A stretch of 64,000 bases of DNA from Eledone cirrhosa. Taxonomy: Eukaryota. The notes under the pieces are model-generated. The model worked only from the letters and a program-made list of their open reading frames with translations. It was not told the origin of the DNA and ran no database searches. Below are positions 26,601 to 40,960 of the stretch, in pieces. The position numbers were made by a program, and so were the translations under genes. The stretch is from contig OZ024744.1 in the NCBI GenBank assembly GCA_964016885.1, forward strand, positions 58,714,001 to 58,778,000, given 5' to 3'. Each line of letters begins with the position of its first letter. Position 1 is the first letter of the stretch.

Positions 26601-29600
26601 CCCCCCCCCCCCCCCATTACATTCTCAGTTCAAATCTGCACCATTTGTTCCGGCCCCCCCCCATTACATTTTCAGTTAAAATCCCACCATTTGTTCCGGC
26701 CCCCCCCCCCATTACATTCTCAGTTAAAATCCCACCAATTGTTCCCGCCCCCCCCCCATTACATTCTCAGTTAAAATCCCACCATTTGTTCCCGCCCCCC
26801 CCCCCATTACATTCTCAGTTAAAATCCCACCATTTGTCCCGCCCCCCCCCATTACATTCTCAGTTAAAATCCCACCATTTGTTCCCGCCCCCCCCCATTA
26901 CATTCTCAGTTAAAATCCCACCATTTGTTCCCGCACCCCCATTACATTCTCAGTTAAAATCCCACCATTTGTTCCGGCCCCCCCCATTACATTCTCAGTT
27001 AAAATCCCACCATTTGTTTTCCCCCCCCCCCCATTACATTCTCAGTTAAAATCCCACCATTTGTTCCCGCCCCCCCCCCCCTCCCCATTACATTCTCAGT
27101 TAAAATCCCACCATTTGTTCTCGCCCCCCCCCCCCCATTACATTCTCAGTTAAAATCCCACCATTTGTTCACGCCCCCCCCCCCCCATTACATTCTCAGG
27201 TAAAATCTGCACCATTTGTTCCGCACCCCCCCCATTACATTCTCAGGTAAAATCCCACCATTTGTTCCGCCCCCCCCCCCCATTACATTCTCAGGTAAAA
27301 TCCCACCATTTGTTCCGCCCCCCCCCATTACATTCTCAGTTAAAATCCCAGCATTTGTTCCCGCCCCCCCCCCATTACATTCTCAGTTAAAATCCCACCA
27401 TTTGTTCCCGCCCCCCCCATTACATTCTCAGGTAAAATCTGCACCATTTGTTCCGGCCCCCCCCCCCCCATTACATTCTCAGGTAAAATCCCACCATTTG
27501 TTCCCCCCCCATTACATTCTCAGGTAAAATCCCACCATTTGTTCCCCCCCCCCATTACATTCTCAGTTAAAATCCCACCATTTGTTCACTCCCGCCCCCC
27601 CCCCCCATTACATTCTCAGGTAAAATCTGCACCATTTGTTCCCCCCCCCCATTACATTCTCAGGTAAAATCCCACCATTTGTTCCCCCCCCCATTACATA
27701 CTCAGGTAAAATCCCACCATTTGTTCCGGCCCCCCTCCCATTACATTCTCAGTTAAAATCCCACCATTTGTTCCCGCCCCCCCCATTACATTCTCAGGTA
27801 AAATCCCACCATTTGTTCCGCCCCCCCCCCCCCCCCCCCGTTACATTATCAGGTAAAATCCCACCATTTGTTCCGCCCCCCCCATTACATTCTCAGTTAA
27901 AATCCCACCATTTGTTCCCGCCCCCCCCATTACATTCTCAGGTAAAATCCCACCATTTGTTCCGGCCCACCCCCCATTACATTCTCAGTTAAAATCCCAC
28001 CATTTGTTCCCGCCCCCCCCCCCCCATTACATTCTCAGGTAAAATCACACCATTTGTTCCGCCCCCCCCCCCCCCCTATTACATTCTCAGTTAAAATCTG
28101 CACCATTTGTTCCCGCCCCCCCCCATTACAGTCTCAGATAAAATCACACCATTTGTTCCCGCCCCCCCCCATTACATTCTCAGATAAAATCCCACCATTT
28201 GTTCCCGCCCCCCCCCATTACATTCTCAGGTAAAATCCCACCATTTGTTCCCGCCCCCCCCCCCCCATTACATTCTCAGGTAAAATCTGCACCATTTGTT
28301 CCCCCCCCCCATTACATTCTCAGGTAAAATCCCACCATTTGTTCCCGCCCCCCCCCCCATTACATTCTCAGGTAAAATCCCACCATTTGTTCCGCCCCCC
28401 CCCCCCCCATTACATTCTCAGGTAAAATCCCACCATTTGTTCCCGCCCCCCCCCATTACATTCTCAGGTAAAATCCCACCATTTGTTCCCCCCCCCTATT
28501 ACATTCTCAGGTAAAATCTGCACCATTTGTTCCCGCCCCCCCGATTACATTCTCAGGTAAAACCCCACCATTTGTTCCCGCCCCCCCCCCATTACATTGT
28601 CAGGTAAAGTCCCACCATTTGTTCCCGCCCCCCCCCATTACATTCTCAGGTAAAATCCCACCATTTGTTCCGCCCCACCCCCCCCATTACATTCTCAGTT
28701 AAAATCCCACCATTTGTTCCCGCCCCACCCCCATTACATTCTCAGTTAAAATCCCACCATTTGTTCCCGCCCCCCCCCCCCATTACATTCTCAGTTAAAA
28801 TCCCACCATTTGTTTCCCCCCCCCATTACATTCTCAGTTAAAATCCCACCATTTATTCCGCGCCCCCCCCCCCCCATTATATTCTCAGTTAAAATCCCAC
28901 CATTTGTTCCCGCCCCCCCCCCCCATTACATTCTCAGTTAAAACCCCACCATTTGTTCCGCCCCCCCCCCCATTACATTCTCAGTTAAAATCTGCACCAT
29001 TTGTTCCGCCCCCCCCATTACATTCTCAGTTAAAATCCCACCATTTGTTCCCGCCCCCCCCGCCATTACATTCTCAGTTAAAATCCCACCATTTGTTCCG
29101 GCCTCCCCCCCCCCCATTACATTCTCAGGTAAAATCCCACCATTTGTTCCCCCCCCCCCATTACATACTCAGGTAAAATCCCACCATTCGTTCCGGCCCC
29201 CCTCCCATTACATTCTCAGTTAAAATCCCACCATTTGTTCCCGCCCCCCCCATTACATTCTCAGGTAAAATCTGCACCATTTGTTCCGGCCCCCCCCCCC
29301 CCATTACATTCTCAAGTAAAATCCCACCATTTGTTCCCCCCCCCCATTACATTCTCAGGTAAAATCCCACCATTTATTCCGGCCCCCCCCCCCCCCCCAT
29401 TACATTCTCAGTTAAAATCCCACCATTTGTTCCCGCCCCCCCCCATTACATTCTCAGTTAAAATCCCACCATTTGTTCCCGCCCCCCCCCCCCCATTACA
29501 TTCTCAGGTAAAATCTGCACCATTTGTTCCGCCCCCCCCCCCCCCCCCCATTACATTCTCAGGTAAAATCCCACCATTTGATCCCCCCCCCCCCCCCAAT

Positions 29601-32600
29601 TACATTCTCAGGTAAAATCCCACCATTTGTTCCGGCCCCCCTCCCATTACATTCTCAGTTAAAATCCCACCATTTGTTCCCGCCCCCCCCCCCCCATTAC
29701 ATTCTCAGGTAAAATCCCACCATTTGTTCCGCCCCCCCCATTACATTCTCAGTTAAAATCCCAACATTTGTTCCCGCCCCCCCCCCATTGCATTCTCAGG
29801 TAAAATCCCACCATTTGTTCCGCCACCCCCCCATTACATTCTCAGTTAAAATCCCACCATTTGTTCCCGCCCCCCCCATTACATTCTCAGGTAAAATCGC
29901 GCCATTTCTTCCGGCCCCCCCCATTACATTCTCAGTTAAAATCTGCACCATTTGTTCCCGCCCCCCCCATTACATTCTCAGGTAAAATCCCACCATTTGT
30001 TCCGCCCCCCCCCCATTACATTCTCAGTTAAAATCTGCACCATTNNNNNNNNNNNNNNNNNNNNNNNNNNNNNNNNNNNNNNNNNNNNNNNNNNNNNNNN
30101 NNNNNNNNNNNNNNNNNNNNNNNNNNNNNNNNNNNNNNNNNNNNNNNNNNNNNNNNNNNNNNNNNNNNNNNNNNNNNNNNNNNNNNNNNNNNNNNNNNNN
30201 NNNNNNNNNNNNNNNNNNNNNNNNNNNNNNNNNNNNNNNNNNNNCATTTGTTCCCGCCCCCCCATTACATTCTCAGTTAAAATCCCACCATTTGTTCCCG
30301 CCCCCCCCCCCATTACATTCTCAGTTAAAATCCCACCATTTGTTCCGGCCCCCCCATTACATTCTCAGTTAAAATCCCACCATTTGTTCCCGCCCCCCCC
30401 ATTACATTCTCAGTTAAAATCCCACCATTTGTTCCCGCCCCCCCCCCATTACATTCTCAGTTAAAATCCCACGCATTTGTTCCCGCCCCCCCCCCCCCCC
30501 CCATTACATTCTCAGTTAAAATCCCACCATTTGTTCCCCCCCCCCCATTACATTCTCAGGTAAAATCTGCACCATTTGTTCCGGCCCCCCCTCCCCCATT
30601 ACATTCTCAGGTAAAATCCCACCATTTGTTCCGGCTCCCCCCCATTACATTCTCAGGTAAAATCCCACCATTTGTTCCGGCCCCCCCCCCCCCCATTACA
30701 TTCTCAGTTAAAATCCCACCATTTGTTCCCGCCCCCCCCCCCATTACATTCTCAGTTAAAATCCCACCATTTGTTCCCGCCCCCCCCCCCATTACATTCT
30801 CAGGTAAAATCTGCACCATTTGTTCCGCCCCCCCCTCCCATTACATTCTCAGGTAAAATCCCACCATTTGTTCCGCCCCCCCCCATTACTTTCTCAGGTA
30901 AAGTCCCACCATTTGTTCCGGCCCCCCCCATTACATTCTCAGTTAAAATCCCACCATTTGTTCCCCCCCCCCCCCATTACATTCTCAGTTAAAATCCCAC
31001 CATTTGTTCCCGCCCCCCCCCATTACATTCTCAGGTAAAATCTGCACCATTTGTTCCGCCCCCCCCCCCCCCATTACATTCTCAGGTAAAATCCCACCAT
31101 TTGTTTCCCCCCCCCATTACATTCTCAGGTAAAATCCCACCATTTGTTCCGGCCCCCCTCCCATTACATTCTCCGTTAAAATCCCACCATTTGTTCCCGC
31201 CCCCCCCCCCATTACATTCTCATGTAAAATCCCACCATTTGTTCCGCCCCCCCCCCCATTACATTCTCAGGTAAAATCCCACCATTTGTTCCCCCCCCCC
31301 CCCATTACATTCTCAGTTATAATCCCACCATTTGAAACCGCCCCCCCCCCCATTACATTCTCAGGTAAAATCCCACCATTTGTTCCCCCCCCCCCCCATT
31401 ACATTCTCAGTTAAAATCCACCATTTTTTCCCGCCCCCCCCCCCCCATTACATTCTCAGGTAAAATCCCACCATTTGTTCCGGCCCCCCCCCCCCCATTA
31501 CATTCTCAGTTAAAATCTGCACCATTTGTTCCCGCCCCCTCCATATTACATTCTCAGGTAAAATCCCACCATTTCTTCCCGCCCTCCCCATTATATTCTC
31601 AGGTAAAATACCACCATTTGTTCCCGCCCCCCTCCATTACATTCTCAGGTAAAATCCCACCATTTGTTCCCGCCCCCCCCCCCCCCCCATTACATTCTCA
31701 AGTAAAATCTGCACCATTTGTTCCCCCCCCCCCCTATTACATTCTCAGGTAAAATCCCACCATTTGTTCCCGCCCCCCCCCCCCCATTACATTCTCAGGT
31801 AAAATCCCACCATTTGTTCCCGCCCCCCCCCCCATTACATTCTCAGGTAAAATCCCACCATTTGTTCCCGCCCCCCCATTACATTCTCAGGTAAAATCCC
31901 ACCATTTGTTCCCGCCCCCCCCCCCCCCCATTACATTCTCAGGTAAAATCTGCACCATTTGTTCCCGCCCCCCCCCATTACATTCTCAGTTAAAATCCCA
32001 CCATTTGTTCCCGCCCCCCCCATTACATTCTCAGGTAAAATCCCACCATTTGTTCCCGCCCCCCCCATTACATTCTCAGGTAAAATCCCACCATTTGTTC
32101 CCGCCCCCCCTCCCCCCCCCATTACATTCTTAGGTAAAATCTGCACCATTTGTTCCCGCCCCCCCCCCCATTACATTCTCAGTTAAAATCCCACCATTTG
32201 TTCCCGCCCCCCCCATTACATTCTCAGTTAAAATCCCACCATTTGTTCCCGCCCCCCCCCCATTACATTCTCAGGTAAAATCCCACCATTTGTTCCCGCC
32301 CCCCCCCCCCCCCCATTACATTCTCAGTTAAAATCCCACCATTTGTTCCCGCCCCCCCCATTACATTCTCAGTTAAAATCCCACCATTTGTTCCCGCCCC
32401 CCCCCCCCATTACATTCTCAGTTAAAATCCCACCATTTGTTCCCGCCCCCCCCCCCCCCCATTACATTCTCAGTTAAAATCCCACCATTTGTTCCCGCCC
32501 CCCCCATTACATTCTCAGTTAAAATCCCACCATTTGTTCCCGCCCCCCCCATTACATTCTCAGTTAAAATCCCACCATTTGTTCCGGCCCCCCATTACAT

Positions 32601-35600
32601 TCTCAGTTAAAATCCCACCATTTGTTCCGGCCCCCCATTACATTCTCAGTTAAAATCCCACCATTTGTTCCGGCCCCCCATTACATTCTCAGTTAAAATC
32701 CCACCATTTGTTCCCGCCCCCCCCCCCCCCATTACATTCTCAGTTAAAATCCCACCATTTGTTCCCCCCCCCCCCATTACATTCTCAGTTAAAATCCCAC
32801 CATTTGTTCCCGCCCCCCCATTACATTCTCAGTTAAAATCCCACCATTTGTTCCCGCCCCCCCCCCCACCCATTACATTCTCAGGTAAAATCTGCACCAT
32901 TTGTTCCGCCCCCCCCCCCCATTACATTCTCAGGTAAAATCCCACCATTTGTTCCGACCCCCCCCATTACATTCTCAGGTAAAATCCCACCATTTGTTCC
33001 GCCCCCCCCCCCCATTACATTCTCAGTTAAAATCCCACCATTTGTTCCGCCCCCCCCCATTACATTCTCAGTTAAAATCTGCACCATTTGTTCCCGCCCC
33101 CCCCCCATTTCATTCTCAGGTAAAATCCCACCATTTGTTCCCGCCCCCCCATTACATTCTCAGGTAAAATCCCACCATTTGTTCCCGCCCCCCCCCCCCA
33201 TTACATTCTCAGGTAAAATCTGCACCATTTGTTCCCGCCCCCCCCCCCATTACATTCTCAGGTAAAATCCCACCATTTGTTCCCTCCCCCCCCCCCATTA
33301 CATTCTCAGGTAAAATCCCACCATTTGTTCCCTCCCCCCCCATTACATTATCAGTTAAAATCCCACCATTTGTTCCCGCCCCCCCCCCCCCCCCATTACA
33401 CTCTCAGGTAAAATCCCACCATTTGTTCCCGCCCCCCCCATTACATTCTCAGTTAAAATCCCACCATTTGTTCCCGCCCCCCCCCCCATTACATTCTCAG
33501 TTAAAATCCCACCATTTGTTCCCCCCCCCATTACATTCTCAGTTAAAATCCCACCATTTGTTCCTGCCCCCCCCCCCCCCCCCCATTACATTCTCAGTTA
33601 AAATCCCACCATTTATTCCCGCCCCCCCCCCCCCCCCATTACATTCTCAGTTAAAATCCCACCATTTGTCCCCGCCCCACCCCCCCCCCATTACATTCTC
33701 AGTTAAAATCCCACCATTTGTTCCCGCCCCTCCCATTACATTCTCAGTTAAAATCGCACCATTTGTTCCCGCCCCCCCCCCCCATTACATTCTCAGTTAA
33801 AATCCCACCATTTGTTCCCGCCCCCCCCATTACATTCTCAGTTAAAATCCCACCATTTGTTCCCCCCCCCCCCCCATTATATTCTCAGTTAAAATCCCAC
33901 CATTTGTTCCCGCCCCCTCCATTACATTCTCATTTAAAATCCCACCATTTGTTCCCGCCCCCCCCCCCATTACATTCTCATTTAAAATCCCACCATTTGT
34001 TCCCGCCCCCCCCATTACATTCTCAGTTAAAATCCCACCATTTGTTCCCGCCCCCCCCCATTACATTCTCAGTTAAAATCCCACCATTTGTTCCCGTCCC
34101 CCCCATTACATTCTCAGTTAAAATCCCACCATTTGTTCCCGCCCCCCCATTACATTCTCAGTTAAAATCCTACCATTTGTCCCCCCCCCCCCATTACATT
34201 CTCAGTTAAAATCCCACCATTTGTTCCCGCCCCCCCCCCCCATTACATTCTCAGTTAAAATCCCACCATTTGTATCCGCCCCCCCACCCCCCATTACATT
34301 CTCAGTTAAAATCCCACCATTTGTTCCCGCCCCCCCCATTACATTCTCAGTTAAAATCCAACCATTTGTTCCCGCCCCCCCCCCATTACATTCTCAGTTA
34401 AAATCCCACCATTTGTTCCCGCCCCCCCCCATTACATTCTCAGTTAAAATCCCACCATTTGTTCCCGCCCCCCCCCATTACATTCTCAGTTAAAATCCCA
34501 CCATTTGTTCCCGCCCCCCCCCCCCCCATTACATTCTCAGTTAAAATCCCACCATTTGTTCCCCCCCCATTACATTCTCAGTTAAAATCCCACCATTTGT
34601 TCCCGCCCCCCCCCCCCCCCATTACATTCTCAGTTAAAATCCCACCATTTGTTCCCGCCCCCCCCCCCATTACATTCTCAGTTAAAATCCCACCATTTGT
34701 TCCCCCCCCCCATTACATTCTCAGTTAAAATCCCACCATTTGTTCCCGCCCCCCCCCCATTACATTCTCAGTTAAAATCCCACCATTTGTTCCCCCCCCC
34801 CCCATTACATTCTCAGTTAAAATCCCACCATTTGTTCCCGCCCCCCCCCCATTACATTCTCAGTTAAAATCCCACCATTTGTTCCCGCCCCCCCCCATTA
34901 CATTCTCAGTTAAAATCCCACCATTTGTTCCCGCCCCCCCCCATTACATTCTCAGTTAAAATCCCACCATTTGTTCCCGCCCCCCCCATTACATTCTCAG
35001 TTAAAATCCCACCATTTGTTCCCCCCCCCCCCCCCATTACATTCTCAGGTAAAATCCCACCATTTGTTCCCGCCCCCCCCCCCATTACATTCTCAGTTAA
35101 AATCCCACCATTTGTTCCCGCCCCCCCCATTACATTCTCAGTTAAAATCCCACCATTTGTTTCCCCCCCCCCCCCCCCCCCCCCCCATTACATTCTCAGT
35201 TAAAATCCCACCATTTGTTCCCGCCCCCCCCCCCCCCCATTACATTCTCAGTTAAAATCCCACCATTTGTTCCCGCCCCCCACATTACATTCTCAGTTAA
35301 AATCCCACCATTTGTTCCCGCCCCCCCCATTACATTCTCAGTTAAAATCCCACCATTTGTTCCGGCCCCCCATTACATTCTCAGTTAAAATCCCACCATT
35401 TGTTCCGGCCCCCCATTACATTCTGAGTTAAAATCCCACCATTTGTTCCGGCCCCCCATTACATTCTCAGTTAAAATCCCACCATTTGTTCCCGCCCCCC
35501 CCCCATTACATTCTCAGTTAAAATCCCACCATTTGTTCCCCCCCCCCCCCATTACATTCTCAGTTAAAATCCCACCATTTGTTCCCGCCCCCCCATTACA

Positions 35601-38600
35601 TTCTCAGTTAAAATCCCACCATTTGTTCCCGCCCCCCCCCCCACCCATTACATTCTCAGGTAAAATCTGCACCATTTGTTCCGCCCCCCCCCCCCATTAC
35701 ATTCTCAGGTAAAATCCCACCATTTGTTCCGACCCCCCCCCCATTACATTCTCAGGTAAAATCCCACCATTTGTTCCGCCCCCCCCCCCCCCCCATTACA
35801 TTCTCAGTTAAAATCCCACCATTTGTTCCGCCCCCCCCCATTACATTCTCAGTTAAAATCTGCACCATTTGTTCCCGCCCCCCCCCCCCCCATTTCATTC
35901 TCAGGTAAAATCCCACCATTTGTTCCCGCCCCCCCATTACATTCTCAGGTAAAATCCCACCATTTGTTCCCGCCCCCCCCCCATTACATTCTCAGGTAAA
36001 ATCTGCACCATTTGTTCCCCCCCCCCCCATTACATTCTCAGGTAAAATCCCACCATTTGTTCCCGCCCCCCCCCCCATTACATTCTCAGGTAAAATCCCA
36101 CCATTTGTTCCCGCCCCCCCCCCATTACATTATCAGTTAAAATCCCACCATTTGTTCCCGCCCCCCCCCCCCCCATTACACTCTCAGGTAAAATCCCACC
36201 ATTTGTTCCCGCCCCCCCCCATTACATTCTCAGTTAAAATCCCACCATTTGTTCCCGCCCCCCCCCCCCCCCCATTACATTCTCAGTTAAAATCCCACCA
36301 TTTGTTCCCGCCCCCCCCCCCCCCCCCATTACATTCTCAGTTAAAATCCCACCATTTATTCCCGCCCCCCCCCCTCCCCCCCATTACATTCTCAGTTAAA
36401 ATCCCACCATTTGTCCCCGCCCCCCCCCCCCATTACATTCTCAGTTAAAATCCCACCATTTGTTCCCGCCCCTCCCATTACATTCTCAGTTAAAATCGCA
36501 CCATTTGTTCCCGCCCCCCCCCCCATTACATTCTCAGTTAAAATCCCACCATTTGTTCCCGCCCCCCCCATTACATTCTCATTTAAAATCCCACCATTTG
36601 TTCTCCCCCCCCCCCCATTATATTCTCAGTTAAAATCCCACCATTTGTTCCCGCCCCCTCCATTACATTCTCATTTAAAATCCCACCATTTGTTCCCGCC
36701 CCCCCCATTACATTCTCATTTAAAATCCCACCATTTGTTCCCGCCCCCCCCATTACATTCTCAGTTAAAATCCCACCATTTGTTCCCGCCCCCCCCCATT
36801 ACATTCTCAGTTAAAATCCCACCATTTGTTCCCGTCCCCCCCATTACATTCTCAGTTAAAATCCCACCATTTGTTCCCGCCCCCCCATTACATTCTCTCT
36901 TAAAATCCTACCATTTGTCCCCCCCCCCCATTACATTCTCAGTTAAAATCCCACCATTTGTTCCCGCCCCCCCCCATTACATTCTCAGTTAAAATCCCAC
37001 CATTTGTTCCCGCCCCCCACCCCCCATTACATTCTCAGTTAAAATCCCACCATTTGTTCCCGCCCCCCCCCCCCCCATTACTTTCTCAGTTAAAATCCAA
37101 CCATTTGTTCCCGCCCCCCCCCCCCCATTACATTCTCAGTTAAAATCCCACCATTTGTTCCCGCCCCCCCCCATTACATTCTCAGTTAAAATCCCACCAT
37201 TTGTTCCCGCCCCCCCCCCCCATTACATTCTCAGTTAAAATCCCACCATTTGTTCCCGCCCGCCCCCCCCCATTACATTCTCAGTTAAAATCCCACCATT
37301 TGTTCCCCCCCCCCCCATTACATTCTCAGTTAAAATCCCACCATTTGTTCCCGCCCCCCCCCATTACATTCTCAGTTAAAATCCCACCATTTGTTCCCCC
37401 CCCCCCCCATTACATTCTCAGTTAAAATCCCACCATTTGTTCCCCCCCCCCCCATTACATTCTCAGTTAAAATCCCACCATTTGTTCCCGCCCCCCCCCC
37501 CCCATTACATTCTCAGTTAAAATCCCACCATTTGTTCCCCCCCCCCATTACATTCTCAGTTAAAATCCCACCATTTGTTCCCGCCCCCCCCCCCCATTAC
37601 ATTCTCAGTTAAAATCCCACCATTTGTTCCCCCCCCCCCATTACATTCTCAGTTAAAATCCCACCATTTGTTCCCGCCCGCCCCCCCCCCCCCCCCATTA
37701 CATTCTCAGTTAAAATCCCACCATTTGTTCCCCCCCCCCCCATTACATTCTCAGTTAAAATCCCACCATTTGTTCCCGCCCCCCCCCATTACATTCTCAG
37801 TTAAAATCCCACCATTTGTCCCGCCCGCCCCCCCCCCCCATTACATTCTCAGTTAAAATCCCACCATTTGTTTCCCCCCCCCCCCCATTACATTCTCAGT
37901 TAAAATCCCACCATTTGTTCCCGCCCCCCCCCCATTACATTCTCAGTTAAAATCCCACCATTTGTTCCCCCCCCCCCATTACATTCTCATTTAAAATCCC
38001 ACCATTTGTTCCCGCCCCCCCCCCATTACATTCTCAGTTAAAATCCCACCATTTGTTCCCGCCCCCCCCCCCCCCCATTACATTCTCAGTTAAAATCCCA
38101 CCATTTGTTCCCGCCCCCCCCCCATTACATTCTCAGTTAAAATCCCACCATTTGTTCCCCCCCCCCCATTACATTCTCAGTTAAAATCCCACCATTTGTT
38201 CCCCCCCCCCCCATTACATTCTCAGTTAAAATCCCACCATTTGTTCCCCCCCCCCCCCATTACATTCTCAGTTAAAATCCCACCATTTGTTCCCGCCCCC
38301 CCCCCCATTACATTCTCAGTTAAAATCCCACCATTTGTTCCCGCCCCCCCCCCATTACATTCTCAGTTAAAATCCCACCATTTGTTCCCCCCCCCCCCCC
38401 CATTACATTCTCAGTTAAAATCCCACCATTTGTTCCCGCCCGCCCCCCCCCCATTACATTCTCAGTTAAAATCCCACCATTTGTTCCCCCCCCCCCCATT
38501 ACATTCTCAGTTAAAATCCCACCATTTGTTCCCGCCCCCCCCCCATTACATTCTCAGTTAAAATCCCACCATTTGTTCCCGCCCCCCCCCCCATTACATT

Positions 38601-39241
38601 CTCAGTTAAAATCCCACCATTTGTTCCCGCCCCCCCCCCCATTACATTCTCAGTTAAAATCCCACCATTTGTTCCCGCCCCCCCCATTACATTCTCAGTT
38701 AAAATCCCACCATTTGTTCCCGCCCCCCCCCCCATTACATTCTCAGTTAAAATCCCACCATTTGTTCCCGCCCCCCCCCCCCCCCCATTACATTCTCAGT
38801 TAAAATCCCACCATTTGTTCCCGCCCGCCCCCCCCCCATTACATTCTCAGTTAAAATCCCACCATTTGTTCCCCCCCCCATTACATTCTCAGTTAAAATC
38901 CCACCATTTGTTCCCGCCCCCCCCCCCATTACATTCTCAGTTAAAATCCCACCATTTGTTCCCGCCCCCCCCCCATTACATTCTCAGTTAAAATCCCACC
39001 ATTTGTTCCCCCCCCCCCCCCCCCATTACATTCTCAGTTAAAATCCCACCATTTGTTCCCGCCCCCCCCCCATTACATTCTCAGTTAAAATCCCACCATT
39101 TGTTCCCGCCCCCCCCCATTACATTCTCAGTTAAAATCCCACCATTTGTTCCCGCCCCCCCCCCCCCCCATTACATTCTCAGTTAAAATCCCACCATTTG
39201 TTCCCGCCCCCCCCCCCCCATTACATTCTCAATTAAAATCC
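23637..39241. repeat. Satellite array: 34-bp module CATTACATTCTCAGTTAAAATCCCACCATTTGTT plus a variable C-rich tract (unit 43-50+ bp)
   Basis: Tandem repetition seen directly over ~15.6 kb (roughly 330 units from length/period); includes a gap, so the true length is unknown. Confidence 0.97.
30045..30244. other. Assembly gap (200 N)
   Basis: Run of N. Confidence 1.
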
Positions 39242-39308
39242 TTCCTGGTGTTTATTTTATCAACATCTTCCTCTGTCCATATCCTAATTTCTTGGCTGTG
39301 TATCTAAT

Positions 39309-39949
39309 TTCTTCTTCTTCTTCTTCTTCTTCTTCTTCTTCTTCTTCTTCTTCTTCTTCTTCTTCTTTTTCTTCTTCTTCTTCTTCTTCTTCTTCTTCTT
39401 CTTCTGCGTCTGCGTCTGCGTCTTCTTCTTCTTCTTCTTCTGCGTCTTCTTCTTCTTCTTCTTCTTCTTCTTCTTCTTCTTCTTCTTCTGCGTCTGCGTC
39501 TGCGTCTTCTTCTTCTTCTTCTTCTTCTTCTACTCCTTCTTCTTCTTTTTCTTCTTCTTCTTTTTCTTCTTCTTCTTCTTCTTCTTCTTCTTCTGCGTCT
39601 GCGTCTGCGTCTGCGTCTTCTTCTTCTTCTTCTTCTTCTTCTTCTTCTTCTTCTTCTTCTTTTTCTCCTTCTTCTTTTTCTTCTTCTTCTTCTTCTTCTT
39701 CTTCTTCTTCTTCTTCTGCGTCTGCGTCTTCTTCTTCTTCTTCTTCTTCTTCTTCTTCTTCTTCTTCTTCTTCTTCTTCTTCTTCTTCTTCTTCTTCTTC
39801 TTCTTCTTCTGCGTCTGCGTCTTCTTCTTCTTCTTCTTTTTCTTCTTCTTCTTCTTCTTCTTCTTCTGCGTCTGCGTCTGCGTCTTCTTCTTCTTCTTCT
39901 TCTTCTTCTTCTTCTTCTTCTTCTTCTTTTTCTTCTTCTTCTTCTTCCT
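39309..39949. repeat. (TTC)n microsatellite with (GCGTCT)n interruptions; probably the expanded tail of the adjacent RTE
   Basis: Seen directly; abuts the 3' end of the minus-strand RTE remnant. Confidence 0.85.
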
Positions 39950-40470
39950 GAGAGGGTCATGGGGGAAGAGTCCTCAAACACTCCTTCCAGCAGGTCCTGT
40001 CAGAAGCAACCATCTCCAACTGATCTGGCTGGTCACGCTTAGTGACCAGCCAAACTCATGGATGTTATCTAACCATTTTGCTCAGAGTCTACCCCTGGGT
40101 CACCTGCTGGCTGGTTTTGCCTGCAAAATGTGTCCAGTGATTCTTTCCTGGGGAATTATAACCACATGCCCGTAGTATCGGAGCTGTGGTCTTTCAATTC
40201 GGAGAAGTAGCGACTTTACCTGGAGTGACTCTCCAAGCTACGCACACTCTCGAGTAACGTTACTCCAATGATCCTTTGAGGAAACCCTATTTCGATCGCT
40301 TGCATTCGTGATCGTATTCTTTCTGTCACTACCCAAGATTCATGACTATAGGTAATACCGAATTAAAGATAGCGAGTTTGGCTTTTACGCCTACCTCCCT
40401 TCCGATTACTGAATGCTGAAGTTGGCCCATTACTGCGCAAGGTCCTGCAATTCTTGCATTTAATTCATGT
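39950..40470 (-). pseudogene. RTE (Expander/Rex3-like) LINE 3' remnant
   Basis: Minus strand remnants KAKLAIFNSV, TYSHESWVVTE and RSRMQAIEIGF. Confidence 0.65.
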
Positions 40471-40704
40471 GTGCTTGTGTATGTGTGTATATAGACACAT
40501 TAACAGCAATGACCATCGTTACGCGAATTTCTCACAATTTAAAATATAAATAATCCCATGAATTAACTAAATTTTAGATAAATTTCTTTAAAATAATGTT
40601 GGCAATCTTCAGTTGATCCTGGAATGTTGATCCATGAATGTTGATCCATGATTTGCATTTCATAAATGCGATCATATATTTTTTATATATTTTCTTTTCT
40701 ACTC

Positions 40705-40960
40705 CGCGCAGCGTAGTGGTTAGGGTGTTGGGATCACGATTGTGAGTTCGTGAGTTCTATTATCAGATTGGATAATGCGTTTTGTTCTTCCACAAGACAC
40801 TTCACGTTATCGCCGTCTATTCAGCTGAAAATAAATACTGGCAACTGGAATTTAGCCATGCTTTGGACTGGCGTCCTCTCCAAGGCATTGTCTTTTTATT
40901 CTCGGCCGCTTAACGCCAATGGAACCGTGATAAATTCCGATCTGACGAGCCTCTCTCTGA
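40705..40960 (+). mobile_element. Degenerate family B SINE
   Basis: GCGTAGTGGTTAGGGTGTTGG head and CAAGACACTTCACGTT core; related to 4960-5185. Confidence 0.55.

Noticed and set aside
24768-38929. Proline-rich ORFs in the satellite
   Set aside because: They are translations of the tandem repeat, with frames broken by C-run length.
23637-39241. CRISPR-like repeat-spacer array
   Set aside because: The intervening sequences are only C runs, not unique spacers. There are no cas genes and the context is eukaryotic.
39292-39981. Poly-Ser / poly-Arg ORFs
   Set aside because: They are translations of the (TTC)n microsatellite.
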